Assembly (NCBI GenBank): GCA_051362555.1
Contig: CM120642.1
Coordinates: forward strand, 29,140,001-29,204,000
Length of the DNA stretch: 64,000 nucleotides
Reading direction: 5' to 3'
Origin: Lingula anatina
Taxonomy: Eukaryota > Animalia > Brachiopoda
Shown: piece after piece, positions 1 through 13,084 of the stretch
Layout: every line of letters starts with the position of its first letter
Numbering within the stretch: the first letter of the stretch is position 1
Notes under the pieces: model-generated
Databases searched by the model: none
Seen by the model: the letters and a program-made list of their open reading frames with translations, nothing else
What the model was told of the DNA's origin: nothing
Translations under genes and position numbers: made by a program

Positions 1-204
1 ACCTAAAGATGCTATCGTACTCTACAAAAGATTTGAATTTTATTTAAAAACGGCTATAGTATACTTCATCGTCTGTCAATATTCCATTGCTTGGAACTCT
101 CCTATACATGTATATGTACATTTACTTTGAAATTAATTTTTATTCAAGGCAATCGTGCAAGCATTGAGATACAGATAAATTTATTTGAGAACCGTATGTT
201 TCAG

Positions 205-2411
205 GAGATAAACCCCAGAACAACAATGCTTCAGGCCGATAACGGAAAATCTCTCCCTGCTCAAGTAGTCTTTTCCCATGCAATTAGGTTGCTTAAAGAG
301 CACTTGCTTGAGTCACAAAAACAGTCCGTCTTGGCTACAGAGGTATTGTGGGTGATCACAGTGCCCTCTGTCTGGTCAGATCAAGCCAAAGAGTTTATGC
401 GGCTATCTGCAATAAAGGTAGGCTACCCAACAAGGCCTTTAGTAGAATCATTTGACCTTAATAGTCCACTAGTATATTTATTAAAAATTTTGGATCAAAA
501 AAACGTGTCACATATACAGAGTAGAAAAAGTTACATTACAATTCCTCAGATTATTTTGCGGTGACACATATTCTCTCATGCAATTCGGGTACTCCATTAG
601 TCTTAAAGAATTTTAAAAAATTTACCCTCTCTCTAGGCAGGTATTCCGCGAGAACAGCAGTTAATCGCATACGAGCCAGAAGCGGCGTCTCTGTATTATC
701 TGAAACAGTGCAAACAGACGCCGCAGAGAAATCCTGCTGGCACCGTGTCGCTTGACATCAACAAACCCGGAGTTACATTTATGGTCGCCGATCTGGGGGG
801 TAAAGTATTTGCATATAATTCTTCAGGAATAACATACCTCTATGGCTTCTTAATTTATTGACGACTTAAGACACGTAATGAAGCAAGGTCAAAATAAACA
901 GAAAAAACAAGTCAAGAAGGCCTATTTCAGTTTCACATTAAAAAGGCCGATTAGAGTACAGTCTGACGTAGGCTTCACAGTATTTAATCAATATGTTTTG
1001 GGATAAAACAGGATAATATCATAACTCTCGTTTCCAGGCGGGACAGCGGACATCACAGTCCAAGAGATTGACCGAACTACCTTAAAACCTAAAATTCTGA
1101 GCAGGCCCACAGGGGGACCGTGGGGAGGAGACGCCGTGAATGTGGAGTTTGAAAAACTTCTGGATTCGGTATTTGGAAAAGAAAAAATGGGTATTTGTAT
1201 TATGCATGCTAATGTCATTTCTGTAACATATTAAACCAGTTTAAAATGTGTTTCATTTCATTTAGGTTTCGTTGTGGTAATTTACCATTAAATAAAGGTA
1301 TTCAAAATATTCCGCCAACCATACCCCGTACATGTATACATGTATGTATTTGCAAGATTTTAAAGCAGGGGTTTTTATGACTTTTTATTACTTTCTACAC
1401 TTTTTCATATTATCAATATAATTTCTAGATAAAATGCGGAGATTTGGCCAAAATACCTTTGTAGACTACGAGGTCAATTTCTAATTTTCAGATGGCTTCC
1501 GCGCCTTGCACCCAGATCATTGGCATCGCATCATCAGAGAATTTGAAATCAAGAAACGAACTCTATCGCCAGTCAAGCAAGTTCCAACTCGTCTAGTGTT
1601 TCCTGCAGGTTTTCTCTCCTATGCTAGCTCTCACCAGATGTCACTTGCCGAATCATGTAACATGTACGAACCAAAAGGAGCTTTAACGTGGAGCATCGAT
1701 AAAATTCGCATTTCTAGTGACGTCATGCGAGGACTTTTCGAGCGTACAATTAAAGCAATTTCCAATCACTTGTTGGAGTTCATAACAACAAATGAGAACA
1801 ATATATCTTTCCTTGTTCTTGTTGGCGGATTTTCAGACTGTCCTTTACTGCAGGAAGCAATTACGGAAAGGTTCAAAGGTCGTTTGAAGGTCATTACACC
1901 AGGCAATGATGGCGGTTTGTGTGTTGTAAAGGGGGCGGTAGTGTATGGACAAAACCCCGCCATATTCAAACAGCGCGTTGCTGGCTATACGTATGGCATC
2001 GAATGCGTCGAACCATTTGATAAAAACTCACACCCGATTGAACTTAAAGAAGTCTACGAAGGTGGAGTTGAAAAATGCGCTCGAGTATTCAAAACTATAA
2101 TCAAGAAAGATGAATCGGTGAAAGAAGGAGAGGTTAGAAAACTCCGGTTTCATGCCGTTAGATCCCGTCAAAACAGTATGACTTTACCAGTTTACGCAAG
2201 TGAAAAGAAAGACGTGAAGTTTACAAATGAAGAGAAAACGTGGAAGATTGCTGATCTTGAAGTCCGAATGCCTATCCAGAAAGGGGGTACAAAACGACAG
2301 GTAGAAGTACTGATTAATTTCAGCAGAACCACCATTTCTGTTCGAGCCCTAGATTTGGCAAGCAATAACACGACTGAAGCTACCCTGAATTTTTTTAACG
2401 ATTATAGTTAA
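205..2411 (+). CDS. HSPA12: Heat shock 70 kDa protein 12A/B-like (atypical Hsp70); 5'-partial; exons 205-417, 637-799, 1038-1190, 1492-2411
   Basis: GT-AG exons join in frame. They give HSPA12 motifs WVITVPSVWSDQAKEFMR, YEPEAAS, FMVADLGGGTADIT, TGGPWGG, LVLVGGFSDCPLLQ and VVKGAVVYG. Stop TAA at 2409-2411. Upstream exons lie outside the window. Confidence 0.9.
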
Positions 2412-3330
2412 ACTAAAGACGCATTTTCGAGAAATATATCTACTTTTCAGACGAAGATGACAAACAATAACATGTGCCAGTGCGCAAGAAGCATATTACC
2501 ATTAAAAGATATTCATGTGCCTGTAGGACGGAATTATATAATTTTCTTTTCCTTTGTGTTTGTATTACAACGTTGATACTTTTCTTCTTCGCAGCATCAT
2601 TATCAAAGTACTGCCACCGAGTGATCTTTTCTATAGAATTTGCGTGTACATATTCCCTAAACAATTTGAATTATTTGAAAGCCATATACAAAAACTGTAC
2701 CTTGTTTGAATTGTGGGGATTTAAAAAGGAGATTAAAAAAAACGTTAAAAACTTCACGGGCCATATTTTATATTCGACAAATAAATTGCGATAACACACG
2801 ATAATAATATTACAAAGATCAACTCCGTTACCAATTAATCGCCTGCTACAAACGTGAAGTGTTTTTGGTGCAGGACTTATGTTATCTTGAATGACAATTG
2901 ACACTCGATAACAAAAACAATTGCAGAAGTCCTTAAGAACAGCAAAACTCGAGATAATAGAATCCAGGTAGGATACTAAGTTCAAGGAGGCCCTATTTTA
3001 TACAGACTACATGTACCACTAGCTGTACCGTTAGCATCCATTTAAAACCCTTGATCTAGCGATTACCAACACGTGTCTTTATCGTGATCTTAGCTGTCAA
3101 TACTGATTAGTTAATTTCTGGTTTATTGTCACGTATCAGAATATTATCTACGTGTTCATATAACATCAAAATTAAAAGTACAGATTCTATTTTTTATTTT
3201 TCATTTCAGCTATTTGTAACTTCATACCAAGAATCACGAAACCCATAAAAAAAATAATGATAATAATAATAATAATGTGCGCATTAAATTCGGTGCCCCA
3301 TTGCATAACTGGGGTACTTATGACGGCTGC

Positions 3331-6300
3331 CTAGCACGTGTTGACTCTGGCCGTGCTGTACATGTAGATGTGCATGGTGGACAATGTACCCACGCTGGTT
3401 ACACAGGTCGGGACGGGATCCAAAAACCACTGGAAAAAAGATACCACATAAATCAATAACGGGCACTGTGTGAATATTCTGTAGGCTAGAAGTTAATTTT
3501 TATTCAGTTGTCAATGCATAACACTTTACTGACTTTAAATTATATTCAGAATTTACGTCCACTTATTTTCAAATGGGAAAATGAATTATTCTGCATCCTT
3601 TATGCAGTAAGCTTTGCGTTGTTGATTTTACATACACGTATAAATCACGAGGTTTATAAGACCAGCACTATTTTATGAAAAATAAACAAATATAGATATG
3701 TGGAAAAGAAATATTGGAATCGACTGCATAAAGGACCAGAATACAACTGGTCTGGTTCCAGAAACTGCTTTCCGGCCCCAATATTATCAAATTTTAAAGA
3801 TGCATACAGAGTCAATTTTTTGTCACAAAAACCAACCAAATGCCAGCATATAGTTTCAAGTAGTATAACTAAGGGAATTACCAAAAGGCATTGTTTAATT
3901 TTACCCGAAAATGATGTTTGAACAGATTTTTCTGCTGGCATTCTAAGCTGTATGTCAATGGGGCAGGAAAGTAGGTCATGGAAGTAGGTTAAATTTATAA
4001 CCATAAATTTAAAGAAAGGAGCAGTCTAAAGGTCTTTTATGGCTGATCGAGGGATCTATTCAGTTTATCCCTTGGTATGTCGAATTTATTTGAGTTATAT
4101 AAGAATATAGTAGAAGTGGTTTACATGTGTTACTTGGAATCCACACTCCACCGATGCTCGGTTCGTATGTACCTTTAACAAAATAAAAATCACGAATAAT
4201 GAACCATAGCAAAGCACCGCTCACCTTAAAGCTGGACTGTCCAGGATGTTCATATCTGGGTGACTTAAAGTCTCCAATGAACGCCCAGCCGAACGCGTTC
4301 AATCTACCTCCATTGTACAAGAGGAATACTGGGACAAACTCGTTGCAGGACATGTCTTTACGAACATTGTACCAATAGTGCTTGCCTGGAACGAGGATAG
4401 ATATGTTTAATAAACCGCTATAATACTTAAAAATTACCAAAAAATTTTCTACAGGATCGATTTTTTTTCTGTGAAAAATGAGGGACTAATTTCAAACTAA
4501 CTTCAAACAGTAGAACTGAAGGGCAAATCTGTGCAATCGAGTGAGCTTGCCATTGTACACGTTCACTTAGGTATACACTGTAGACATCTAAGAGATATCA
4601 GACCCTGACACTATTTTCTTTTCTTACATAGAAATAGCCTCTAAATTGCCTCCTAAAACTTCAATAAAAAGCCTTAAACCAAGATACGCCACGCCTTTCT
4701 CACCCATGCCGTAGAAGCAATGTCCCTCTGTCCACATTGTGTTCTTGACGTCATCCTGGGACATTGGCAAGGCGATGGAATCAGTGGCAGGATTGGTGCC
4801 TTTCTGAATATAGAGGGCAGTACCGGTGCCGTCAGCAGAGTACTGGTCAGCAGTGCGGCCGGCGCTACAGATGGTGGCTGAAACCCATAAAAAAACCATG
4901 AAAACACTCTCAAGTAGTAGCCAGTCACAGAAAAGCTTATTCTTAATTGAAAGACTAGCTGTATACCAATCTAGGGAGATCCAGCCAGGGGAGAGATAAT
5001 AATGATAATATAGGTTATGTGACATGCTTTTCACATGCAAAAGTTGTAAAAAAACACGTAACACAAAAGCTAGATTGGGGGCTTATAGCGGCGAAGGTTG
5101 TTAAGGAATTTCCTTTGTCTGGGAGATGAATAAATGCATTCGGTGAAGCTGACATAAGGCATACTGGAAAACCATAAGTGCCACAGAATGCATCTGATTC
5201 CAGAGCATTTTGCGCCAATAATTAGGCTGCTCTTTTTATAAATCAGCTTCACATAGTTTTACCGTTTGGAATACGGAAAAATAATCTTAGTCACGGCGTA
5301 TCTGTAAAATCAGCAGGCCGTGTAAGTCATGAAGTAAAATTGCATGTCACTGGACAGCTGGCCAGAATACACAAGGTCGCTTAACCGATGGGTGCGGCGA
5401 AGAACGTCGTGACTTGATCCCGGCTATTATTAAATACCCACAGCCTATCTATCTATCTAAGATAGATAAAGCCGACCAGCCCTCGATTGCTACAGTTGGC
5501 TGATATACAATTTTGATGATTGATTTTGTTGTACCGATTAAGGTAGTATTTGGAAGAGGTTTCCTCATCTTAACAGAGTGGTACCGTGTGTGTTCGTGTG
5601 CACGTATTTTCGTGTGTGCACGAACACACATATTTAATTGATGGTATCTGCTGGAATCTGGCCCCAAATTGTATCTCTTCTTATCAAAGGTGTCATTATC
5701 GAGCGAAGTCAGGTGCAAACTAGAGACAAAAAACTCAGCTACAATCCTTGTCCTACTACATGTACCACGCCAAATAGGCCCACATGTTTTGTCACAACTT
5801 AAGTCTAGAAGATGTTCTTTAAAAAAACATGGAATCTGTGCGTCCTACCTGGGTCGGTAAAGTAGGCAGTGATGGTGAATTTGTCGCTCTCTTCAATGAA
5901 GTATTTTCTGACGTCCGCACTCATACTTGATGGAAAGGTGCCAGCGTTCTTAGGAATCTAAAATTGCCAAGGATACATTTGAGAAATAGTTAATTTATTC
6001 ACATTATTTATCAATTGATAAACATTATCAACATTAAAATAAGCTGAAAAAACAAAAAATTGCAGTTATACAGGAAAATGATGATTACTATAAGAGGTCT
6101 GGACTCATTTTCACTACGAGGCACTTACTGGTAAAGGTACAGAAATGTCAGTCGTTTTTTTAATTCCTTTTTCGTCTTAACGTGTTATAATACTCACCCC
6201 AGCTTGTATACCCGCAATGTAGCCGTTCTTATCAAACAACAACATCACCGCTGTATCGCCGTCCTTGATGTAACGGTTGCCCATGAACTGACTGTTGCCT

Positions 6301-6450
6301 GGGGAATCAATTATACATATACAATTACTGTACATATCAAAAGCAAATCGTATTGGACGATATTCTTTGAACCAACTTGACTTGTTCGTAAAAGTTGAAG
6401 AATAAAAGCAATTACATACAGATGCACAAGTAGGCTAACTTCCACAGAAA

Positions 6451-6481
<31 letters not shown>

Positions 6482-7508
6482 TTTCTAATACGAACTCCAG
6501 CAGAGTTGAGTTAAAATTACATAAAAATGTATTCATCTGGGCTGACGGAATTTTTTACAGACTAATCAACCATTCAATATTGTACCTGTGGAAAAGTCTC
6601 CGTCGAGAATCTTCTTGCTGTCTTCAGAATATCCAAGAGGACTTAGGCCTACTATCCTCACCTTACCCCGTTACCGAATCGTACTGTAGTCGTATGTATA
6701 TACATGTATATTCTCATTTTTGCTATAATATTTTTGTACGACAGCTGATAGTCCCGAATGGGTTAAATAATGCATATTATACTACAATCACCCTTGCCTT
6801 ATTGCTAGAGCGTTCTGAAGTATAGGCCTACTCACTCCCGCACTTTGAGTCCAGCTTCCAACCATCAGACACGGCGTCCTTAGTGGTTCTTGGCATCGAC
6901 GAAAACGAATTGCCGAAAGGGTTAATTCCGAAAGTGACTGAAACAAAGACGAGCAAAAATATCGAGAATTAAAACCAAAAATATCGAGAATTGAAAAAAT
7001 GTCATTATAAAAGCGAAGTTTTTAATTGTTTAATTCTACAGTTCAATCTTAACAACTGGTATTTAACTCCTGTCCTTTTTTTTCTTAAAAGAGATTATAT
7101 CATTAAAAAATCTCACTTTGAAAAAATATCCATATGTGTAATTTAAAGGAGGTAAAATAATATGCTTAACAATATTCTAGCAAAAAAAGTATCTTACCTT
7201 TCAAATCATCCCACTGTGGGCCTGTATGATAAAAAAATAAAAGTTGAAATTTTCACAAAGATATTTTGAAAAGAACTAAATTAGCTGTGGAGATTTTATC
7301 CAACGAACTTTTTCTCGTCGATTACATTATTCTTAAAAATAATGACAAAAGGGAAAGAGACACTATTTGATATAAGATAAATTAAAACCTAGCATTGTAG
7401 CATGTATAATATCAGTTTACCAAAAAAAAAATCCTCACCGCCGCCAAACAGCCAGGCGTTCCCAGAGGCAAGGAGGCCAAATGCCAGCACAGCAGCTATT
7501 ACGGACAT
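3331..7508 (-). CDS. Uncharacterised secreted protein, paralog A (279 aa); exons 7508-7439, 7221-7198, 6937-6836, 6298-6198, 5957-5849, 4877-4704, 4385-4225, 3429-3331
   Basis: Eight GT-AG exons total 840 nt, open from ATG to TAG. N-terminus is signal-peptide-like (MSVIAAVLAFGLLASGNA-WLFGG). Exon lengths are identical to paralog B. Confidence 0.88.
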
Positions 7509-7561
7509 TCTCTGAGTCTGTCAACGTCAAGAAATGACTGGTGAAAAGTGGTATCAGTGAA

Positions 7562-7571
7562 TTATATATAT
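7562..7571 (-). promoter_or_regulatory. Candidate TATA box of paralog A
   Basis: TATATATAA on the minus strand about 55 bp upstream of the ATG at 7508. Supported by position only. Confidence 0.35.
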
Positions 7572-8289
7572 GTAGTCCGTACACCGTCTGGTCATTCCCA
7601 CTACCCCTCACACTGACCGATAGTATGTAAGAGATAACCCCTAACTGAAACTGTGCGAAGATGTGGAGATGAAACCGGGACTGGTTTAGGACTAGGCCTA
7701 TATTACATCACCAGACGATCAACAGAGTACAAACACTGGAACTTGGCTGTAGTCTGCGCACATTCTAGTGGCTGGGCAATTGATTAGAATCAATTATCAA
7801 TCTAATTGCTTGGTGATGTGGCAATCCGATCTCATTTGTCAAAGTCACACATAGCTAGGCCTATAGGCTTAATTTCTTCTGCCTGCAATGGACTAGGTTT
7901 TTAAACGAATAATTTTGTTTTTGTATTGCTGAACATGGTTCATAAAACACAAGAAATTCATTTTCCTGAAAAAGTGACATTAAAACTGTTTGTATATTCT
8001 AAGGCTAGATCTAAGTGTCAAATTGGTATAGGCCCTGCCATAAATTCAAAACATATAGGGCCTAGGCCTACTGACCTCCAAATTTCTTCCATAATTTTCA
8101 ATTATTTAGATCCATGTTTAAAATGCATTTTAAGCGAGTAGGCCCTACTTATGTCAAATCACTGTCTAAACCCGATCAAATGATACGTAGGCCTACCATG
8201 TAGTCTCAGATACAGTGTAATTCATTTTTAAGGAATAGGCCCTACTACAGAGTTTCGTTTCATTATTTCCTGAAAAATGATGTCTGCAC

Positions 8290-8960
8290 AGCTAGACCGA
8301 CGTCTTCAGCTAACTTTAAACTTTCTGTGGTGGGTTGTATAAAAGCCGTATCTATACGCCGGCTAACTTTATACTGTGTGCCAATCCCATATACGGCGTT
8401 TAGCTAAACGGTGGATAAATATGCTTTGTATAGGTCTGAAGAACCTATAAAACCCAGCTAAAATCACTATACGGTGGAACAACCTCACTTTGAAGACAGT
8501 TGCTATGAACAACTGGTCTATGTCCATATTTGGTTACCCATCATGCACTGTTGCTAAAACAAAAGTACAACCCTTGCAGAAAAAAAGGTCTTCCACAAAG
8601 AGACCCAGGGAGGCTTCCCTTCTTACTGTGCTATGCCAAGTGCACCAGCACACCATTAGGTCGAAATTGACAACATTATTGGACAACCAACAGAAGAAAC
8701 GATGTTGGGATGACATTCAGAAGCATTGATCAGTGCGCTTGGCATAGCTCACAGAAGCACGCATGAGTGCAAAGAAAAATGGAGGAGTATGGTGGCCCAT
8801 GCCAAGAAAATCAGGGATCAGCTTGTGAAACATGCTGGGGGAACTGGGGGTGGACCTGTCTGTCGCCCAGTGGATGCTAAAACTATATGGGGTCTACTAT
8901 TCTTGCTTATGCAGATGACCCCTCATTTGAGGGGATTGTGAAAGGGTTTGAGACCACAGG
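8290..8960 (+). pseudogene. Frameshifted Myb/SANT-like DNA-binding ORF, probable PIF/Harbinger remnant
   Basis: Two adjacent frames (8490-8729, 8726-8941) read ...QKKRCWDDIQKH / LISALGIAHRSTHECKEKWRSMVAHAKK...GGTGGGP. This matches the W..I...R....K.KW..TGGG pattern of Myb_DNA-bind_5/MSANTD domains. A splice donor GTGAGT follows at ~8960. Short repeated motifs (AGCTAACTTTA) lie at 8300-8470. Confidence 0.7.
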
Positions 8961-9286
8961 TGAGTAAGTTTTATTAATTTTGAGATATTGCCAAGTAGTC
9001 AAAATTTTCTTCTTTTGTTGTGAAAAATGTGCTTTAGGGTCTGGAGGGATTTAGTTGGAGCAATTTACGACCAGAAATTTTAAAAAGTTGCAAGTTTTTA
9101 AATATATCTTTAATTAAGCAGAAAAAGATACATGTATAATCTTTTTCTAAGACGGGATAATTTCAAACGTTTTCACAACAGAAATAACTTAAGTATATTA
9201 TGAATAAATTTATCTTTAACAGTTAGGCATATATTTTCATTAAATATGATTGTAATTGACGTCATCGTCTACGTCATCCCTGCAGC

Positions 9287-12001
9287 TCAGCACGTGTTCA
9301 CCGCGGCCGTGCTGTCCATGTAGATGTGGAGAGTGGACAGTGGACCCGCCGTGGACAGACAAGTAGGGACGGGCTTCAAGAACCACTAAAATGTAAACAA
9401 AAATTGATAAACTATTACCAGCAATTCTAACACATAAAATGTCACATATTCCATTTTGTCTAATTCGCTTGTTTATATCAAAACGTAGCATTAGTTCTAC
9501 TTAAAGTCTGTTATTGCTTTGAAAGTAAATTCGGGCTCATAGATATCTTGCTTTATGATGATTTAAACAATGACTTCAGTGGAAAGTTGGTATAAACTCA
9601 GTGAGTGGAAAGTTGGTATAAACTCAGTGTGAAAAAAGGGGGAATTTTTTTCTATGTTAATCTACTTTCCACAATTTACGGCCTTAGACTCTTAGAGTCA
9701 CGACCAATTTTTGACAATTTTGTGAATTACAGCTGCTTACCGAGAAGCTAGACTGCCCTGGGTGCTCGTATCTGGAGGATTTGTAGTCTCCCTGGAAAGC
9801 CCAGCCGAAAGCGTTCAGCTTCCCTCCATTGTACAAGAGGAAGACGGGCACGAACTCCTCACAGGCCATGTCCTGGCGAATGTTGTACCAGTAGTGCTTG
9901 CCTGAAATCACCTCGGATTTATTTAATAGAGTTAATTTCTTTTCTTTTCTTTTCTTTAAGATTTATAAATCTATTGACACACTATAGATCCCCTACACTT
10001 AATGGACACTGATGAGATGAAAAGTAGCCTAATATTAATAAAATCTGACTATGACAATAACATATACCGAGGTTATTACTATACCTACCGCCCTTGGAAA
10101 AAAAAAAACTGGTGTACAAATGAATTACATAAATTTCGTTTCTTCTACACCCACTATCCTTATGAAGCGAGCACTGAGGACAAAAAATATCAACATTAAC
10201 TTCGTTATCCATTTGGAGGACTTCATAATAAATTCTTTTATTTTTAGGTTAAAAAAGCTTAAGGCATTAAAAAAAAAAAAACACTGCACAGCGGTGTACA
10301 GAAGCTTTTTGTTGTTAGGTTGTTAAGATAGTGACCGCGTCTCACCCATGCCGTAGAAGCAATGCCCCTCTGTCCACATGGTGTTCTTGACGTCATCCTG
10401 GGACATTGGCATGGCGATGGAATCAGTGACAGGATTGGTGCCTTTCTGAATATAGAGGGCGTTACCAGTACCGAGGGCAGAGTACTGGTCGGCTGTGCGG
10501 CCGGTGCTACAGATGGTGGCTGGAAAAAAGAGAAAGATACAGAAAATCTCAAAAACACCTGCAGAAAGATAGCAATCCTTAGAGCGACGTAGACCTTACG
10601 ACCTTACGCAATACGAAAATTTTGAGAACAAAATTATATTCACTTGTCTACATCATAACGCTTTTTACTTTGGAATAATTTGGTTGGATTATTCAAAATG
10701 ATTATACAAATACTGCATACGCTTTTAATTTAACTTAGTATAAAACGTTGATCTTGTTAACTTTTGACTTGTGCCATTATTCAATTTCGGTGAACAAAGG
10801 GGGTAAAAAGTCCACTTTTTAAGATTTATTCGTTTTTATTGAGTGACCAGGTCAAGCTGACCCTGGTAAGGTGCGGTGAAATCCGAGGGTCACGACGTTG
10901 TGATGACCATGAGGTTTAAGATAAACATAACTGACCAAAGAGATAGATGCTGACCAAATGTATGGGAACTGACAGGTTTGAATCCTATGCCATCAGTTCA
11001 ACTTATAAACCAGGCGGAATGAAAAAGTTTGGTTAAACGAAATTTCGTCCAGTCGAAATGAAATACCAAGAAGTTTCTCTACAAATTCTTGAAGTACGGA
11101 GCTGAGGGCATCCCGTCAGGATATCCTTATACATGTATAATGGCTGTAAGATATACATAAACACAAACATGCATTACATTTATAATGATTTCGGCTTATA
11201 AAATATTTTCCTTTGATCCATACCTGGGTCAGTGAAGTAAGCGGTGATGGTGTATTTGTCGCTCTCTTCAATGAAGTATTTTCTGGCATCTGCTGTCATT
11301 TTGGACGGGTAGGGAGCATTGGTTTTGGGGATCTGAAGATCGAATAATCAGTTGATTGACTCGATTACTGATGAAGTATTATTACCACTTCCAATTTAAG
11401 CATGTTGTTTACGTAAATGAATATTCTCTTAAAACTACTCAAATTTAATTAACACTTCTCATTTTTGAATAATATCGATGAGCTTATTCAGCTGTGAGTT
11501 GACAAAGATTTGCAAAGTCTCAATAAAAGACAATCATGAAAATGAACCAAAAAACAGTGATATTTTTATTTTCGCAAAAAAAAAATAAATAAATAAATAA
11601 ATAAATAAATAAAATAAAATAAATAAATAAATAAATAAATAAATGAAATAAAATAAGAATACCGACACCCACCCAAACACCCCTCCTCCCCCCCCCCAGC
11701 CTAGGTGCCAGTACTCACCCCAGCTTGTATACCCGCAATGTAGCCGTTCTTATCAAACAACAACATCACCGCTGTATCGCCGTCCTTGATGTAACGGTTG
11801 CCCATGAACTGACTGTTGCCTGGATAAAAAAACAAAAGGTAAAGGTCTGCATTAAAGGTGAAAAATTTTAAAGAAAATGGAGAGCAAGCAAACAGTGTCA
11901 GCCCCCAGCATACAAAATCAGGATAATTTCAATAAAATTTCAAATTGATTTTTTTTTCTGATCACCGCGAGAATTGGAAGCCAGTCCCCCCCCCCCCCCC
12001 A

Positions 12002-12032
<31 letters not shown>

Positions 12033-12942
12033 TCATTCATTCATTTATAAAAAAGAGATTTATATATTTAAAGCTGAAAATTAATGAACACGCAAACACA
12101 GGCATACACACCAACCGAAACACTTGGCTTTCCGATTTCAGAAACTTCTTCATATTTTGCCTAGAAAATAAAATTCAAAACTTACTGCCGCATCTAGTAT
12201 CCAGTTTCCATCCATAGTACACAGCATCTTTTACTGTTCTTGGCATCGAGGAAAACGAGTTCCCGAAAGGATTAATCCCAAACGTGACTAAATTAACAAA
12301 ACAACAGATAATATCACTTATTGCTTTGATGGTAAAAAAGCCCTTCGAAACCATGCACGGGTTTTCATTGAAAAGAGAAAAGATGTTAAATTCTCTATTA
12401 TATTAATAAAAGTATCCTGTATTACAATAGACCTAGGTGGTTAATTTTTTATCATTTATATAACACTGTCTTAAGATTAAGTGCTTTTATAAGGATAGAA
12501 CAAAATCATAAGATCAAATACAGGTAAGTTCTAAAACTTCACGTTAGACCTTTATAAAAATGTTTGTTTTTATTTTTCCAGAATTATTTTATAAACGTTG
12601 AAAATGATAATGATTAAAATCTCATTACCTTTCAGGTCGTCCCATGCTGGACCTATCAAATAATATCAAAATGTCTTTTTAAAGAAAACAATATTAAATT
12701 TCTTTAGAAGCTCTTAATAAGGTCTAAAGCAGAAATACATTAAATTATATGATTTCTCTTAACTTTATCAAAGAACTAGAAAAACTGTTCACTTTGCATC
12801 TAATTTAAGTAGACAAAGAGAATCAATTGACTCTAGGATATTTTAAGTTTTTCCAAGATTTGGTTTACTCACCTCCCCCAAAAAGCCAGGCCTGGCCCGA
12901 CGCCAAGAGCCCGAAAACGAACACAGCTGTGCTAATGGACAT
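9287..12942 (-). CDS. Uncharacterised secreted protein, paralog B (279 aa); exons 12942-12873, 12652-12629, 12287-12186, 11819-11719, 11332-11224, 10519-10346, 9901-9741, 9385-9287
   Basis: Same exon lengths (70/24/102/101/109/174/161/99) and phases as paralog A. Signal peptide MSISTAVFVFGLLASGQA. Open to TGA at 9287-9289. Confidence 0.88.
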
Positions 12943-13084
12943 GGTTCTTCTCTGCCTCCAGATAGTGACCATATACACACATCCACGTGCACATATAGGA
13001 CTTTATTTGATAAAACCTACCACAGATGACCTTTCTCACAGATCTCAAGAGGAGATTTAGGGTGGATTATGATAGAACTACATA

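Noticed and set aside
91-204. N-terminal extension of the HSPA12 ORF from the TTG at 91
   Set aside because: This is intronic read-through. A pyrimidine-rich AG at 203-204 defines the exon start.
10960-11000. GGTTTGAATCC as the T-arm of a tRNA
   Set aside because: No acceptor stem, D-arm or A-box could be built around it.
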